64,000 bases of DNA from Octopus bimaculoides (GCF_001194135.2 NC_068986.1:37213667-37277666), one strand, 5' to 3'. Counted from the stretch's first letter, positions 1 to 12,847 are shown. The notes: generated by a model from the letters alone, not told the origin. Program-made: numbers and translations.

Positions 1-32
1 CATAGGTAGGCTAAGATACTTAAGGCAGTTAC

Positions 33-91
<59 letters not shown>
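33..91. repeat. (TAG)n microsatellite
   Basis: About 19 perfect TAG units. Confidence 0.95.
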
Positions 92-690
92 CACGCGCGC
101 CCGCACGCACGCACACACACACACATACGTACGCAAATTTATATCAATGAGATAAAGGGATATATACATCCTACTACTACAGGAGCAGGGACAAATGTTC
201 GTTGTCTGGACACAAGTTTAATGGACGCTTTAGAAAAAAAAAAACACCGCCGTTTATATTTGACAGAGCCAGCCGACATCGCCTCTTCTTTATCATCACT
301 TCATCAACGTAATAAACTGAAGATTTATACTACACTTTACACTGGATTCCCTTTCTCACTTCGAATTCAGTAGCTTGGGTGGCAACGTGAAGTGGACGGG
401 TGAGATACAAGAATTTGTTTTCTTTTGTTTGTGTTCGTTATCTTTTATTATAATTTTGTTTTACTTGATATTTTATTTACTTATTTGTTTAGTTATTTAT
501 GTATTAGTTTTGATAGTTTTGTATGTTTTGTTTGTTATTTCTTAAATTCTGAAAGAGGGTAGGGGTGAAATAAAGATAGCAAAAAAAAGTAAGAAACGGA
601 GGTAAAAGACAAAGAAACGATGAGGGATAGAAAAAAGACGATGAGAGAGAGAGAGAGAGAGAGAAAGAGAGACTAAAACTAAAGAGGTAA

Positions 691-1030
691 TCTTTTATTT
701 ATTTTAGTCATTGAACTGCGGCCATTCTGGGGCACCGACTTGAACAAATCGACTTCAGTATTTATGCTTTTTTTTGTTGAAGCCTGGTAATTATTCTACT
801 GGCGTCTTTTGTCGAACCACAAGTAAATACCCACACACATAGATAGGTAGAGACAGACAGACAGACAGACAGCTCGATCGATCGACAGATATGATAAGCG
901 ACCAAATTCACTCAAAAGACATTAGTCAGCCTAGGGCTATAGTACAAGACACCTGTGCAAGGTGATACCAAGTGGAATTGAACCCGAAACCACGTGGCTA
1001 CAAAGCGAGTTTCTTAACCATACAACCGTT
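691..1030 (-). mobile_element. tRNA-derived SINE family A (about 400 bp, possibly Octopus OK-type), decayed copy
   Basis: Reverse complement matches the head (GTGGTTAAGAA...GGGTTCAATTCC), body (CTATAGCC...TGAGTGAATTTGG) and tail (CCGCAGTTCAATGAC) shared with many copies in the window. Confidence 0.8.
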
Positions 1031-1395
1031 ACCCATGAAGAGAAAATGATTAAAGAGAAAATAGATAAGGAGACGGGTAAGATATACTACTAGACTGATG
1101 AAGATGAAAGATGAGAAAGTGGGGGAGGGAAAAGAAAAGATGAAGACTCGCAGAGAGAAAAATAAAGGACTCGCAGACATGAAGGAATGAGAAAAGTAAA
1201 GCTGTAAACGAGAACAAAACGATGGAAACGGTATCAGATCCAAGCTACAAATTCTTCGTCCTATTGTTTTTCTACCATTCCCCTCTCATTCTGTCCCTTT
1301 TTTTCTAGGGTAATTTGATCAACTTGGTGCTTCCGTTTAAACAATGCTTTCTTTCCGCGGTTTTTCAAGTGTTTATTTATCTTTTATTATTTTTT

Positions 1396-1486
1396 TTTTA
1401 CTTGTTTCAGTCACCAGATGATGGGGCACCGCCTGGAAGGGTTTTAGTCGAGCTTACGACTTTTGTTTGTTTGTTTTTAAAGCCTG
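1396..1486 (-). mobile_element. SINE family A 3' tail fragment, runs into gap
   Basis: CTTGTTTCAGTCA...GGGCACCGCCT is the reverse complement of the family A tail. Confidence 0.7.
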
Positions 1487-2215
1487 NNNNNNNNNNNNNN
1501 NNNNNNNNNNNNNNNNNNNNNNNNNNNNNNNNNNNNNNNNNNNNNNNNNNNNNNNNNNNNNNNNNNNNNNNNNNNNNNNNNNNNNNNNNNNNNNNNNNNN
1601 NNNNNNNNNNNNNNNNNNNNNNNNNNNNNNNNNNNNNNNNNNNNNNNNNNNNNNNNNNNNNNNNNNNNNNNNNNNNNNNNNNNNNNNNNNNNNNNNNNNN
1701 NNNNNNNNNNNNNNNNNNNNNNNNNNNNNNNNNNNNNNNNNNNNNNNNNNNNNNNNNNNNNNNNNNNNNNNNNNNNNNNNNNNNNNNNNNNNNNNNNNNN
1801 NNNNNNNNNNNNNNNNNNNNNNNNNNNNNNNNNNNNNNNNNNNNNNNNNNNNNNNNNNNNNNNNNNNNNNNNNNNNNNNNNNNNNNNNNNNNNNNNNNNN
1901 NNNNNNNNNNNNNNNNNNNNNNNNNNNNNNNNNNNNNNNNNNNNNNNNNNNNNNNNNNNNNNNNNNNNNNNNNNNNNNNNNNNNNNNNNNNNNNNNNNNN
2001 NNNNNNNNNNNNNNNNNNNNNNNNNNNNNNNNNNNNNNNNNNNNNNNNNNNNNNNNNNNNNNNNNNNNNNNNNNNNNNNNNNNNNNNNNNNNNNNNNNNN
2101 NNNNNNNNNNNNNNNNNNNNNNNNNNNNNNNNNNNNNNNNNNNNNNNNNNNNNNNNNNNNNNNNNNNNNNNNNNNNNNNNNNNNNNNNNNNNNNNNNNNN
2201 NNNNNNNNNNNNNNN

Positions 2216-2400
2216 CAACCGATACTGGTGTGTTTACGTCTCCGTAACTTAGCGGTTCGGCAAAAGAGATACGGTAGAATAAGTACTAGGCTTACAAAGA
2301 ATAAATACTGGGGTCGATTTGCTTGACTAAAGGCGGTGCTCCAGCAAGGCCGCAGTCAAATGACTGAAACAAGTAAAAGAGTAAAAAGAGAGTAAAGAGT
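2216..2400 (+). mobile_element. SINE family A 3' half, emerges from gap
   Basis: GTTTACGTCTCCGTAACTTAGCGGTTCGGC...GGCGGTGCTCCAGCAAGGCCGCAGTCAAATGACTGAAACAAGTAAAAGA. Confidence 0.9.
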
Positions 2401-3120
2401 CTGCGTATAAACATGTTATTGTGAGGAACACAATACATATACAATGAACAATGAATACACATACATATCTGTTAGCATAAACGCATACATATACGTACGT
2501 GTACAAGTTGGTGTATGCAAAACGTATTGGTGGATGAGCAAGCGAATTTACGTGTGTATGTGTGTGTACATACAGGACGATAGTGTGTGTCATTGAAGCT
2601 TGAATCCTATCGCTAATGAGAGACTGTTGTATAATAAATGAATCGGATTCTTTATTTTCTGGCTGCTGAAATATAACATATATCGTTGGCCATGAACAGC
2701 TGCCTCCTTTCGAGCTCTGAGAGACACTTACTCATTTACTGTGATCTCTCCCCAAAGGTCGAGTTAAGTATCTTATTATATATCTTGGGTACTCTTTACT
2801 CGGTCAGAGACGTCACCGAGTGGTTTATTACCAACGTTTCAATGACACTACTCGACGAATAGAATAGTTTCGTGAAAAGATTAAGGATAGGCGGGTAGGG
2901 AAAAAAATGACCATTATGTATAATCAAATGGTCAGAATGATAAAATGTATTTTAATAAGGCCGGTAACATTGAGATAAAGACTTCGCAAGGAAAGAAATA
3001 TATTATGTAATATGATAACAATGGTCAAGGTGTAAAAATTTAACCGGTGTAAAAATGAAAATTGAACTGCTGACAAAAATCAAGCGAAGTAGGAGCTTCT
3101 ATGCAGCTTTTATATATATA

Positions 3121-3503
3121 CTTATTTCAATCATTGGACAGTGGCAATGCTGAGGCACCACATTGAAGGGTTTTAGTCGAACATAATCTACCCCAATACT
3201 TATCTTATTTAAAGTCTGGTACTTATTTTGGTAAATTGGTATATGGGTTTCTTCTGCTGAACTGCTAAATTACAAGGACGTAAGCTAACCAACATCGGTT
3301 GTTAATCGATGGGGTAGACAAACACAAAGACACACACACACACACATACGACGGGCTACTTCAGTTCTCATCTACCAAATTTACTCACAAGGCTTTGGTC
3401 GGCACGGAGCTAAAGTAGAAGACACTTGCCCAAGGTTCCACGCAGTGGGACTGGCACTGAAACCATGTGGTTTGAAAAGTGAACTTCTCAACCACACAGC
3501 CAT
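3121..3503 (-). mobile_element. SINE family A, full-length decayed
   Basis: Tail, internal (CA)n and head (AACCACACAGCC = reverse complement of the A-box region) all present. Confidence 0.85.
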
Positions 3504-4014
3504 ACATACACGCACACACACACACTCACACATAATCTATGCCTCTGCTTTTCCTTTTGATCAAAGGCTTGCTGAGCTGGGTCTAGACAACAACAACAAC
3601 TACAATATCGCTGTGAATAGTTAATCTTCGTGCCACTATCACTACAAATGTAGTCATCTTCAATCGTGTCCGAACAAACGATTGTGACAAAGCAATGCCA
3701 GAAGCAGGAGTTTTGAACTGATGACTCAAAATAAGCTTGGACCCAGTATTCTTCCTCACATATGGGTTATATTTTCTTTTCTTCGTATGTCTATCAAAGT
3801 AAGGTCATAAAAACCGGAAGACGAAAGGTAAAATAACCGTCAATTTCAAAAGATTAATTTTAATATGTTTTGTAACAACGATTTCACTTTACCGAACAAA
3901 GTTGATACAATTCCTAATTTTGATTAATCCGATGATCTACTTACTATAGCTTAATCCCATAAAAATACGTTTTTGTACATTGAAAATAAATGTTTAACGG
4001 TGGGATAATGCTGG

Positions 4015-4240
4015 GTGGGGGTGGAGTTAAAACGTTTGCTTCTCAACCACGTGGTACTGGATTTGATCTCACCATGCAGTACTTTGAGCAAGTGTCTTCT
4101 ACAGGGTGTTCACAAAGTCTGGGTACACGGAGTAAATAAAATCAGAACATAAACAATTAAATATAAGTATGTGTTAATCCCCATGTACCTAGACTTTGTG
4201 GACACCCTGTATAATAGCACCGGGTTGACCAATAAGACTT
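4015..4240 (+). mobile_element. SINE family A 5' part, interrupted by a MITE
   Basis: GTTTGCTTCTCAACCACGTGG...GCAAGTGTCTTCTA, then the MITE, then TAATAGCACCGGGTTGACCAA. Confidence 0.7.
4102..4209. mobile_element. Tc1/mariner-type MITE (108 bp)
   Basis: TIRs CAGGGTGTTCACAAAGTCTGGGTACACGG / CCATGTACCTAGACTTTGTGGACACCCTG (3 mismatches). TA duplicated at 4100-4101 and 4210-4211. Confidence 0.9.
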
Positions 4241-4494
4241 CCTTTTTTTTTTATAATCGAGATTTCAATAAATTTAACAATCCAGTGTGGGAGAAATAAC
4301 AATTTCCCTTGGGATCACAACCCAGATCTTAAAATAGAAAAGACACATTCTGTACTGTAATCCTGAAAATACTAAAAGTCGGGAAAGTTACAGTTGGAAT
4401 GCTTTTAAATCACAGAATTATAGATAAGTCTGTTGAATCAGGTCCAATATATATTATTTATTCTTCTATTTGTTTCAGTCATTTAACCGCGGCC

Positions 4495-4594
4495 ATCGTG
4501 CGGGTGTTACGGAAAAGGCCGATCTTTGGTAAAGATCGCCGAAGACACTTTTTATGGAAAAGGCCGATATTTCGGACGAGTATCGAAAGATCGC
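4495..4594 (-). mobile_element. Solo arm of the telomere-repeat MITE family (cf. 43336-43740)
   Basis: GGAAAAGGCCGATCTTTGGTAAAGATCGCCGAAGACACTTTTTA(T/C)GGAAAAGGCCGATAT closely matches the TIR of the 43.3 kb element. Confidence 0.85.
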
Positions 4595-4618
4595 CAAAAA
4601 GAGTAAATAGGGGATCAT

Positions 4619-4834
4619 ACTCTTTTACTCTTTTACTTGTTTCAGTCGTTTGATTGCGGCCATGCTGGAGCACCACCTTTAGTCGAGAAAATCGACCCCA
4701 GGACTTATTCTTTGTAAGCCTAGTACTTATTCTATCGGTCTCGTTTTTGCCGAACCGCTAACTAACGGGGATGTAGACACACAAGCATCGGTTGTTAAGC
4801 GATGGTGGGGGGACAAACACAGACACACAAACAA

Positions 4835-4890
<56 letters not shown>
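4619..4890 (-). mobile_element. SINE family A 3' half ending in (TA)/(TG)n
   Basis: Close match to the family A tail consensus seen in other copies. Confidence 0.85.
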
Positions 4891-4894
<4 letters not shown>

Positions 4895-5112
4895 AGTTTC
4901 TTCCAGCCACCTTTATTATTTCAATTTTCACCAGATAATTTTTTTTAATGCATTTCTGGTGTAGTTTTGCATTGTGATAACGAAATAGGAAAAAAAAAAT
5001 GATGCTAGTTTTGTTATCTGCATGCGAAACTATATCTGAACTACGTTTTAAAAAAATAATCTGGTGAAAATTCGAAATACTTCGAGTGGTTGAAAGAAAT
5101 TTAACAAGATCC
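4891..5112. mobile_element. MITE with about 60-bp imperfect TIRs, GGATCTT-ended (Merlin-like) group
   Basis: Left arm GTTAAGTTTCTTCCAGCCAC...TTTTCACCAGATAATTTTTT is the reverse complement of right arm AAAAAATAATCTGGTGAAAATT...GAAAGAAATTTAACAAGATCC. Right terminus AACAAGATCC equals that of 12848-13661. Left tip is missing next to (TG)n. Confidence 0.7.
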
Positions 5113-6032
5113 TGGACAGGTTTCATGATCGCCACCTTCAAGAAAAACTTTATACCAAGCATTGATACAAGCAACCTATCCAACCGTCCGTCTCATCTCC
5201 TTATCTTGTATATGTACTTACTTATGTTCTATTGCTTTCGCCACGTTCGGTTTGCCAAAATGTCGGATGATACGATAGAAAAACAAAAACGAAAAAAAAA
5301 AGAAACAACAAAAGCAAAGTGATGAATAATAATAAACAAAAACAAATAATTTTTTAATATTATTATAAGTACATACATAAAGAAAAGAATATAATAAAGG
5401 ATTTTTTTTATCATTGTAAAAAGAATCGTTCGTTGTTTGAGAGACATTTATTTTTAAAGAGTTCAGAGGAAAAATAACTTGAGATAAGTGAACCAACAGT
5501 TGCGTGTGTCTATTATTATTAGCTTGGACCACATAACTTCGCTTTCTATCTCGTCTAATGTTTTGTCTATATAATCTCACGCTCTTTATCTATCTGTTTC
5601 TTCCCTACCACCACCACCACTTTCTCCATCTATCTTTCTCTCTCCCGGCCTATCATGTATACACCTTTCCTTTACCTTCATAGACATTTTACTCAAATTT
5701 TGTTGGTTGATTTTCTTCTTTCTTTCTTATCTTTGATGCAAAATTGTTTCTTTTTCTTTTTGTTATTATCTTTTTTCTTTTTGTCTTTCTTCCAGACTTC
5801 TTTCATTTCTAAGAGTATCTCCATTTGCTGCTGTTCCAAACATTGGCGTTATTATTACTTATACGTACTGCTCCCAACACCAATATCTCAAACATTTACC
5901 TACCGCTTTCGGGGTACTCACTCGAATATCTTCTCTCTTTTCTCCTTTTCACAATAAATAAATATAAATGCGTGGTATGTATGTATGTATGTATATATGT
6001 GTATGTATGCGGGGGACAAGTTTTAACAAATA

Positions 6033-6063
<31 letters not shown>

Positions 6064-6169
6064 CATACATACTTAAGACATATATATATATATAATAATA
6101 CAAAGAATATATATCTATGTATACACACATATGTACATACTTACATCTACATGTGTATATATATGCATA

Positions 6170-6480
6170 TCAGGGTACAGGACGTTAGAACAATGAACTA
6201 CAGACAACGGAACGAACACAGGAAAACGGAAAGCCACTTGGAATATTCCTTCATCAGCTGCCTCTATTCTAACCTGACGTTTCGAAGATAAGACAGAACG
6301 TACTCTAGAATAGTCTCTTCCTGAGTAGTGGATCAACCCACTACACAGAGGATTCCAAGGTGGCAAACACAAACCAAGACAGGAAAAATTGGACAGTGAA
6401 AACAACATTCAAAAGCCGTACGGCCAAACGCGAATCTGAGGTAGAACGCTAGTAATTCGTCTTGCCTTCACAGCGGCTGG
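6170..6480 (-). mobile_element. Possible Penelope-like/retroelement terminal fragment with degenerate hammerhead-like motifs
   Basis: Minus strand carries CTCAGGA...CGAAACGTC-AGG and a downstream CTGATGA. Family assignment is inferred. Confidence 0.35.
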
Positions 6481-6493
6481 AGTGAAAAGAAAG

Positions 6494-6538
<45 letters not shown>

Positions 6539-6895
6539 GTGTGTGTTGTGTGTACGTTGTGTCTACGAAAGATCGTTTTTGTTTTATATGCGTGTGCGTA
6601 CGCATATAAACGTATATATACGTTTTGCTTTACCTAACCCTAACCTGCTATAATGTGTAAAGTGCTGGGTGTTTCCTATAGCATCGCTTGGGGGAGGGTG
6701 TGTAGCTGTTAATGACATATATATATACTCAAATAGGGATTAAAGTAAAAACCCTCTTTACATACATTAGTAAAGCCTGGCTTGTATTATCCTTTAACTA
6801 AATGGAATTAGGTGGATATCTTATACAAACGTTTCCTGTTTATTCTTTGTCTTTGTAATGTCCCCTTTACCCATCACCCTTGTGTAAAACAGGAC

Positions 6896-6898
<3 letters not shown>

Positions 6899-6945
<47 letters not shown>
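6899..6945. repeat. (TAT)n microsatellite
   Basis: About 15 perfect units; source of the poly-Tyr pseudo-ORF. Confidence 0.95.
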
Positions 6946-6948
6946 CAA

Positions 6949-7003
6949 GGCGGCGAGCTGGCAGAATCGTTAGCGCGCTGGATGAAATGCTTAGCGGCAT
7001 TTC
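6949..7003 (+). mobile_element. SINE family C head; remainder resumes at about 7951-8007
   Basis: GGCGGCGAGCTGGCAGAATCGTTAGC...GAAATGCTTAGCGGCATTTC. The body (GTCGATAAATTAAGTACCAGT) reappears after the insertion and gap. Confidence 0.75.
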
Positions 7004-7220
7004 GGGATCTTTGGGGTTTGACGGGCAACATTTTTTTTGTAGTGTTTTTGGTACTGAAACACTTTCAAACTTCGAATATTTGTATATTTTGTGGTATAGA
7101 ACAGATAAAAAAATTTGTATTCAAAGTTATTTTATGTAAAAAATTGTCGTATTTCGGTAATTTCAACCAATCACTGACGTCTATTGAGGTGAAAACAATT
7201 AATGCCGTAACGGTGTCATG
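7004..7220. mobile_element. GGATCTT-ended DNA element, left arm (related to 12848-13661)
   Basis: Starts GGATCTT. 7025-7185 aligns by eye with 12895-13035 (CTTTCAAACTTCG...TTTCAACCAATCACTGAC). Confidence 0.7.
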
Positions 7221-8489
7221 GGATCTTTTCCCTTGAATAAAATTAGTCCCGTTGTTTGTCAACAACTACCCGTGTTACTCTTATTNNNNNNNNNNNNNNN
7301 NNNNNNNNNNNNNNNNNNNNNNNNNNNNNNNNNNNNNNNNNNNNNNNNNNNNNNNNNNNNNNNNNNNNNNNNNNNNNNNNNNNNNNNNNNNNNNNNNNNN
7401 NNNNNNNNNNNNNNNNNNNNNNNNNNNNNNNNNNNNNNNNNNNNNNNNNNNNNNNNNNNNNNNNNNNNNNNNNNNNNNNNNNNNNNNNNNNNNNNNNNNN
7501 NNNNNNNNNNNNNNNNNNNNNNNNNNNNNNNNNNNNNNNNNNNNNNNNNNNNNNNNNNNNNNNNNNNNNNNNNNNNNNNNNNNNNNNNNNNNNNNNNNNN
7601 NNNNNNNNNNNNNNNNNNNNNNNNNNNNNNNNNNNNNNNNNNNNNNNNNNNNNNNNNNNNNNNNNNNNNNNNNNNNNNNNNNNNNNNNNNNNNNNNNNNN
7701 NNNNNNNNNNNNNNNNNNNNNNNNNNNNNNNNNNNNNNNNNNNNNNNNNNNNNNNNNNNNNNNNNNNNNNNNNNNNNNNNNNNNNNNNNNNNNNNNNNNN
7801 NNNNNNNNNNNNNNNNNNNNNNNNNNNNNNNNNNNNNNNNNNNNNNNNNNNNNNNNNNNNNNNNNNNNNNNNNNNNNNNNNNNNNNNNNNNNNNNNNNNN
7901 NNNNNNNNNNNNNNNNNNNNNNNNNNNNNNNNNNNNNNNNNNNNNNNNNNCCTTTCGAAGTCGATAAATTAAGTACCAGTGAAACACTGGGATTGATGTA
8001 ATCAACCAGGGATCTTTGCGGTTTTTGTCACTGTCTACAATTTCGTTCCAACTGTTTTCAAAATTGATATATGGATTAAGTTTTGTATACTAATTATGAA
8101 AATGAAATTCATTTTTCCAATAAATCCATTATCAAAAAGTTATTAGCTTTTAAAATTTACAAAGTTTGGGGTATTTTAGTCAATCAGAAGCGAGTATTTT
8201 ACACATCACCGTGGTGAAGAAATCTGTTTCCAGAAGCACCACGTGTTCCATAACTGATTGCGAAGAACTCTGTTTCCATATTAACCAAAAGCAACTCAGT
8301 TTTCACCATTCTATCTTTTTATACATCCAGGAGTCTATTATACACTGAGTCCTTCTATTTTAAAGTCAGTTGTTTATGATTTATGAGAGATGTTGGCTTC
8401 TATTTCTCCTAGACCAAGCAACCACAGCATTCAATCATTTTCCCGCTTTTGTTTTTTTCATTGAGCAGACGACACTTTTTTTGTTTTTT

Positions 8490-8525
<36 letters not shown>

Positions 8526-8537
8526 NNNNNNNNNNTT

Positions 8538-8579
<42 letters not shown>

Positions 8580-10203
8580 AGCTTCTATCTGTTTCTCTCG
8601 CTCTTTCCTCCCTTTACACTCTGCCTTCTACCCAGCTATCTTTCTCTCTCTGTAAACCTGTGTTTAATCTTCCTCTAACTCCTCTCACGGGAAGCTTTTC
8701 TTCTCCACTTCGTTTAATTTCTCTGACAACGACGATCTTACTTCCCCCACCTTTCATTCTTCTTTATTTTTGTCTCTCACTTCCACCCCATTTTTAAAAA
8801 TTTCATTTCATATCCTTCTACCCCACCTCTTTCTGCTTTTATCTATCTATCTATATCAATTTCTCTCCCTCCTTATTTTCTTCTGCTATTCCTCTTTCTA
8901 TTTTGTTACCTCCCCACCCTTTCTTATTTAATATATTCCTCCCCTTCAAATTCCCCTCCCACTCAGTCTTATTTTCTCCTCCTTTATCTTTAAAGGTTAA
9001 TTTTTCTTTCTCCACCGCCTCCATCACCTTAAAACTCCTACCCTGTATATGTTTGTCTTTCTTTCTCCATTATCCCCGCCTTCTCCCCTTCGTTATTTTT
9101 CTCTTCTCCTCTCACCATTCTTCTCCGAACGTCATTTTGTCCCTTTCCTCTCTCTCTTTCTCGGTATCTATATACGAAGTTGTCTGTCTATCTATCTCTA
9201 TATGTCAACCATCCGTTAAACTCGTAACAACATATATGTAATCTTCATTGCATCTGCCATTAACTCTCGTCTGATCTCGGAGCCATCTTAGGTTATCAGC
9301 TTTCCTAAATAGACCTGTGCTCTGTGATATCTGATACCTTTACCAGCAATACTAGACACACATTCACAGAACAGAGAGCTAGCTCTCCATAAAGATACTA
9401 TCTACCGTTAAGTTGGGATGATGGGGGCTTATGCGTTTATTTATTCCTTTCGGTATTTCCAGCAGACAATTCATTATCACCCACAACTCATGCGTCTATT
9501 CACAACTGCACACGTAAGTGTATGCATACAAACATAGATGGTGTACTTATACACATTGTGCATGCAAACATATATACTTATGCAAACTCTGCAGCTTATT
9601 CACACACACACACACACTTCTTTCAACCACAAAGATATGAAGTACGCAAAGCAGTATTTGTGTGCATACGTGTCTGACTGTATCCGGTCTGAAAGTTATT
9701 TTGTTAGAATTTAGACCAACAGAACTGGTGAATTGAATGATCATTCGTTGAAAGCACCTTTACATATCTGCATAAGCCTCCTGTTGATTAGTTTAATTAA
9801 GTTTCAGTGAAATTTTCATCAGACTTCTTTTCCTTTCTTGAGAAAATTTCGAACATGTATTTACGGTCCAGTGTAAATTAACACCTACTACCATAAGACG
9901 ATTATGTTTCGGAAAAAAATTTAGTACATAACTATTTCGTAATGTGAATCACATTTCCCATTTATTTACATGTAACATGGCAGTAACGGAAAAACAGGTT
10001 TTACATACGTTATTCAGTTCGACAACAAGGTTTTCAGAAACGCAAAGATTCCATAACGTAGGAGCTGTTTGCATAGAGAAATAGTAAAATGTGAAGAAAT
10101 GAGTGATGGTCTGTGCCAATGAATAGTTAAGTGCAATGGATGAAATTAGCAAAAGACTAAAACTATAAACACAAACGAAGATTCTATTTGCAGTAGAGCG
10201 TCC

Positions 10204-10232
10204 CGCGCGCATGCGCATGTGCGCGCGCGCAT

Positions 10233-10282
<50 letters not shown>
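10204..10282. repeat. Alternating purine-pyrimidine (CG/CATG)+(CA)n tract
   Basis: CGCGCGCATGCGCATGTGCGCGCGCGCATG followed by about 24 CA units. Confidence 0.9.
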
Positions 10283-10288
<6 letters not shown>

Positions 10289-11377
10289 ACACCATGCACA
10301 GAATTAGGCAATTAACTTCAACAACAGAACATGTGTACATTTTGTTCTCGGTTTCAAAGAACAATATCATATCTGTTATGTTTGCATTTGGGTGGATGTT
10401 TATGTTGGACCTTCCCGCCAATTTTCTTTGTTTTAAGAGAACAAAAAAAAAAGCAAATAAACAGAAACAGTATATGACGTATTTCATGTCATCAGTATTT
10501 TCCTTCTTTTTTCTTTTCTTTTTTTTTTAATTTTTTCCTAACTTTTCTAGCTAGAAAAGCGAGTTATAAAGTAACGATGGTTCGCCAACATACTAATGAT
10601 CTTTGTTGATAAAGAAGAGAAACTGCCGATTGGATATGAATGATTGTTATGACCATAAAAGTTAATGAAGAAGCAGCGACTTGGCAGAGTATTGCACAGA
10701 ATGTGTTACGGTATTCGTTCCGATATTCTGCGCTCTGCGCTCAAATCCCGCCGAGGTCAACTTTTTTTCGTCATCGTTAAATAAAGTAGCTATCCATAAC
10801 TCGAAAAGACCAGTCTTCTCTCTCTCTCTCCGAAAGAAAGCGGCTGTAGTCAGACCTGGAAAGACAAGTGCTTCGGCAGATATAAAATGTCCAAGACACT
10901 CTGTATGTGCCATGACTGCGTTTCTTCGATTCCAGCAGGAGTTGAGGACGCAACGCAAACTAAGTTAATGTAGTGTGGCGAAAACAAATATTAAAATTAC
11001 GTATACGATGAGGAAAATAACACATTAACACGACTATTATTAATTTAATCTGATCTTGGTAAGTAAGAACAACACAGACTTGTTTTGGTCTTATGAGACC
11101 TTCTCAGCAAAACGTAATCTTCTTCATGCTTAATCACAAATTACTCTGAGGCGCCATTCTCATGAGATATTAAAAACAAGTTAAAGCTATTAAAATATGA
11201 TATTAGGCAACAGAGAATGGATCTTGAGATTAAATCCATTGCAGGTGTTATTGTTGTGAGTCATTGTTTTCTGTTTCTGATACGATATCTTTTGGGAAAA
11301 TATGCAAACGATTAATCAAAGCTCAAGCATATCTATGATCAAAGGCATTCCAGTCGTGACCAACGCATCAGATTTTC

Positions 11378-11640
11378 ATATCTGTCAATCATTAAACTGA
11401 AGCCATACTGGGGCACCGCCTGGAAGAATTTTAGCCGAACAAATCGACCATAGCACTTATTTTTTTTTAGACAGAATCTTACACCACCGGCTCTTGTGCC
11501 GAACCGCTAAGTTATGGGAAGGCAAACACACCAACATCGGTTGTGAAGCTGTCGTGAGGCACAAACAGGCACCAAGAAACACACAAACACATACACAACG
11601 GCATATTCACTCACAAGGCTTTGGTTGGCCCGTGGCTATG
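11378..11640 (-). mobile_element. SINE family A, 5'-truncated decayed copy
   Basis: GCACCGCC...GCCGAACCGCTAAGTTA...CACTCACAAGGCTTTGGTTGGCCC. Confidence 0.75.
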
Positions 11641-12085
11641 GAACTATGATGTTTGTTAAATGTCAAAGATATATATACACATATACAGCTTAATGTTTTT
11701 TGTTTTATTTTTTATTTATTTATTTCCAATTTTGCAAACATGTCTATGATATGAAAACGAACCGAATACAAGAATGAGGGCTGATGAGAGCGGGAACTTA
11801 GCGCATGTTAAGTGTGCCGCTTGTCAGTTTGTCAATATTTTATTGACTCTATGCAGTGAAATATTGAAACTGTAGGAGAAGAAATGTAATGGAAAACAAA
11901 TTTTTGAAAAATACTCGACGGGAGCTTAGCTATTGCTTGCTTTAAGGCGCTGGAAGTCGCAAGTCGTTCAGTCGGCTTTAAATGATTATGGGTCCCTACC
12001 TTCGATGTTTTAAATGCATTAATGAGAGAGAAAGAGAGAGAGAGAGAGAAATATAGGTGGACGAAAGATAGGTGTGATGAAGATA

Positions 12086-12088
<3 letters not shown>

Positions 12089-12130
<42 letters not shown>
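12089..12130. repeat. (GA)n microsatellite
   Basis: About 20 GA units. Confidence 0.95.
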
Positions 12131-12133
<3 letters not shown>

Positions 12134-12442
12134 CAGAGAGGGTGAAGAAAAACAGAAGTAGAAGACGGACAAATGAGCGAAAGGTTATATAGATTGAGAG
12201 ACAGACAGACAGACAATCGGCAGAGAGATAAAGCGGAGCGAGAAAGAAGAGGTAGAAGAAAGGAAAATAAATCTCACGCATAGACAGACACGTATATTTT
12301 TGTTATATATATATATTATATATATATATATAGACACGAGTTATAAATATATACATAGATATGTTATATATAGATGTTATATATGTTTTATACATACACA
12401 TATATAAATATATGTACACATACACAGCTTATAAATATGCAA

Positions 12443-12483
<41 letters not shown>

Positions 12484-12847
12484 CATATATATATATTCCT
12501 TGCAAGTCGCAGACATTAAAAGATAGGAATCGAATATGATAGTCACACACCGTTGATTTCGTCCTTCCCGTGTGATAGTATTTTATCTCGGCGATGTAAA
12601 ACAATCAAACAACTCATCATTTTCTCATTAAGTTCTGCTTTCGGCAACCGAAATATATTTCTCTCTCTCTCTCTCTCTCTCTTCTTTTAGAGCAGAGAAC
12701 ATTTCCAGTGTTGTTTAGAATACAATACTTTATCGTCATCGTTATCGCCTTCATGTGTGACGACATACGAGCACGAAATTCTCCGCGCCAACGAGGGACG
12801 TTGTACGCAGTCAATCCACCTGCCAGAAATAGAAGCACATAAATCTC

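Noticed and set aside
1487-2215. N-runs as biological features (12 gaps, including 10-N placeholders)
   Set aside because: They are assembly gaps, nearly all flanked by microsatellites or young repeats. Their content is unknown and a small exon could be hidden in them.
5113-5160. Hammerhead-like GAAACCTGTC on the minus strand
   Set aside because: The upstream core reads TTGAAGG rather than CTGANGA, and there is no stem I pairing.
11780-11830. Hammerhead at CTGATGA-GAGCGG...CCGCT
   Set aside because: The core and a long stem II-like hairpin exist, but GAAA is absent and stem I does not pair. At most a dead remnant.
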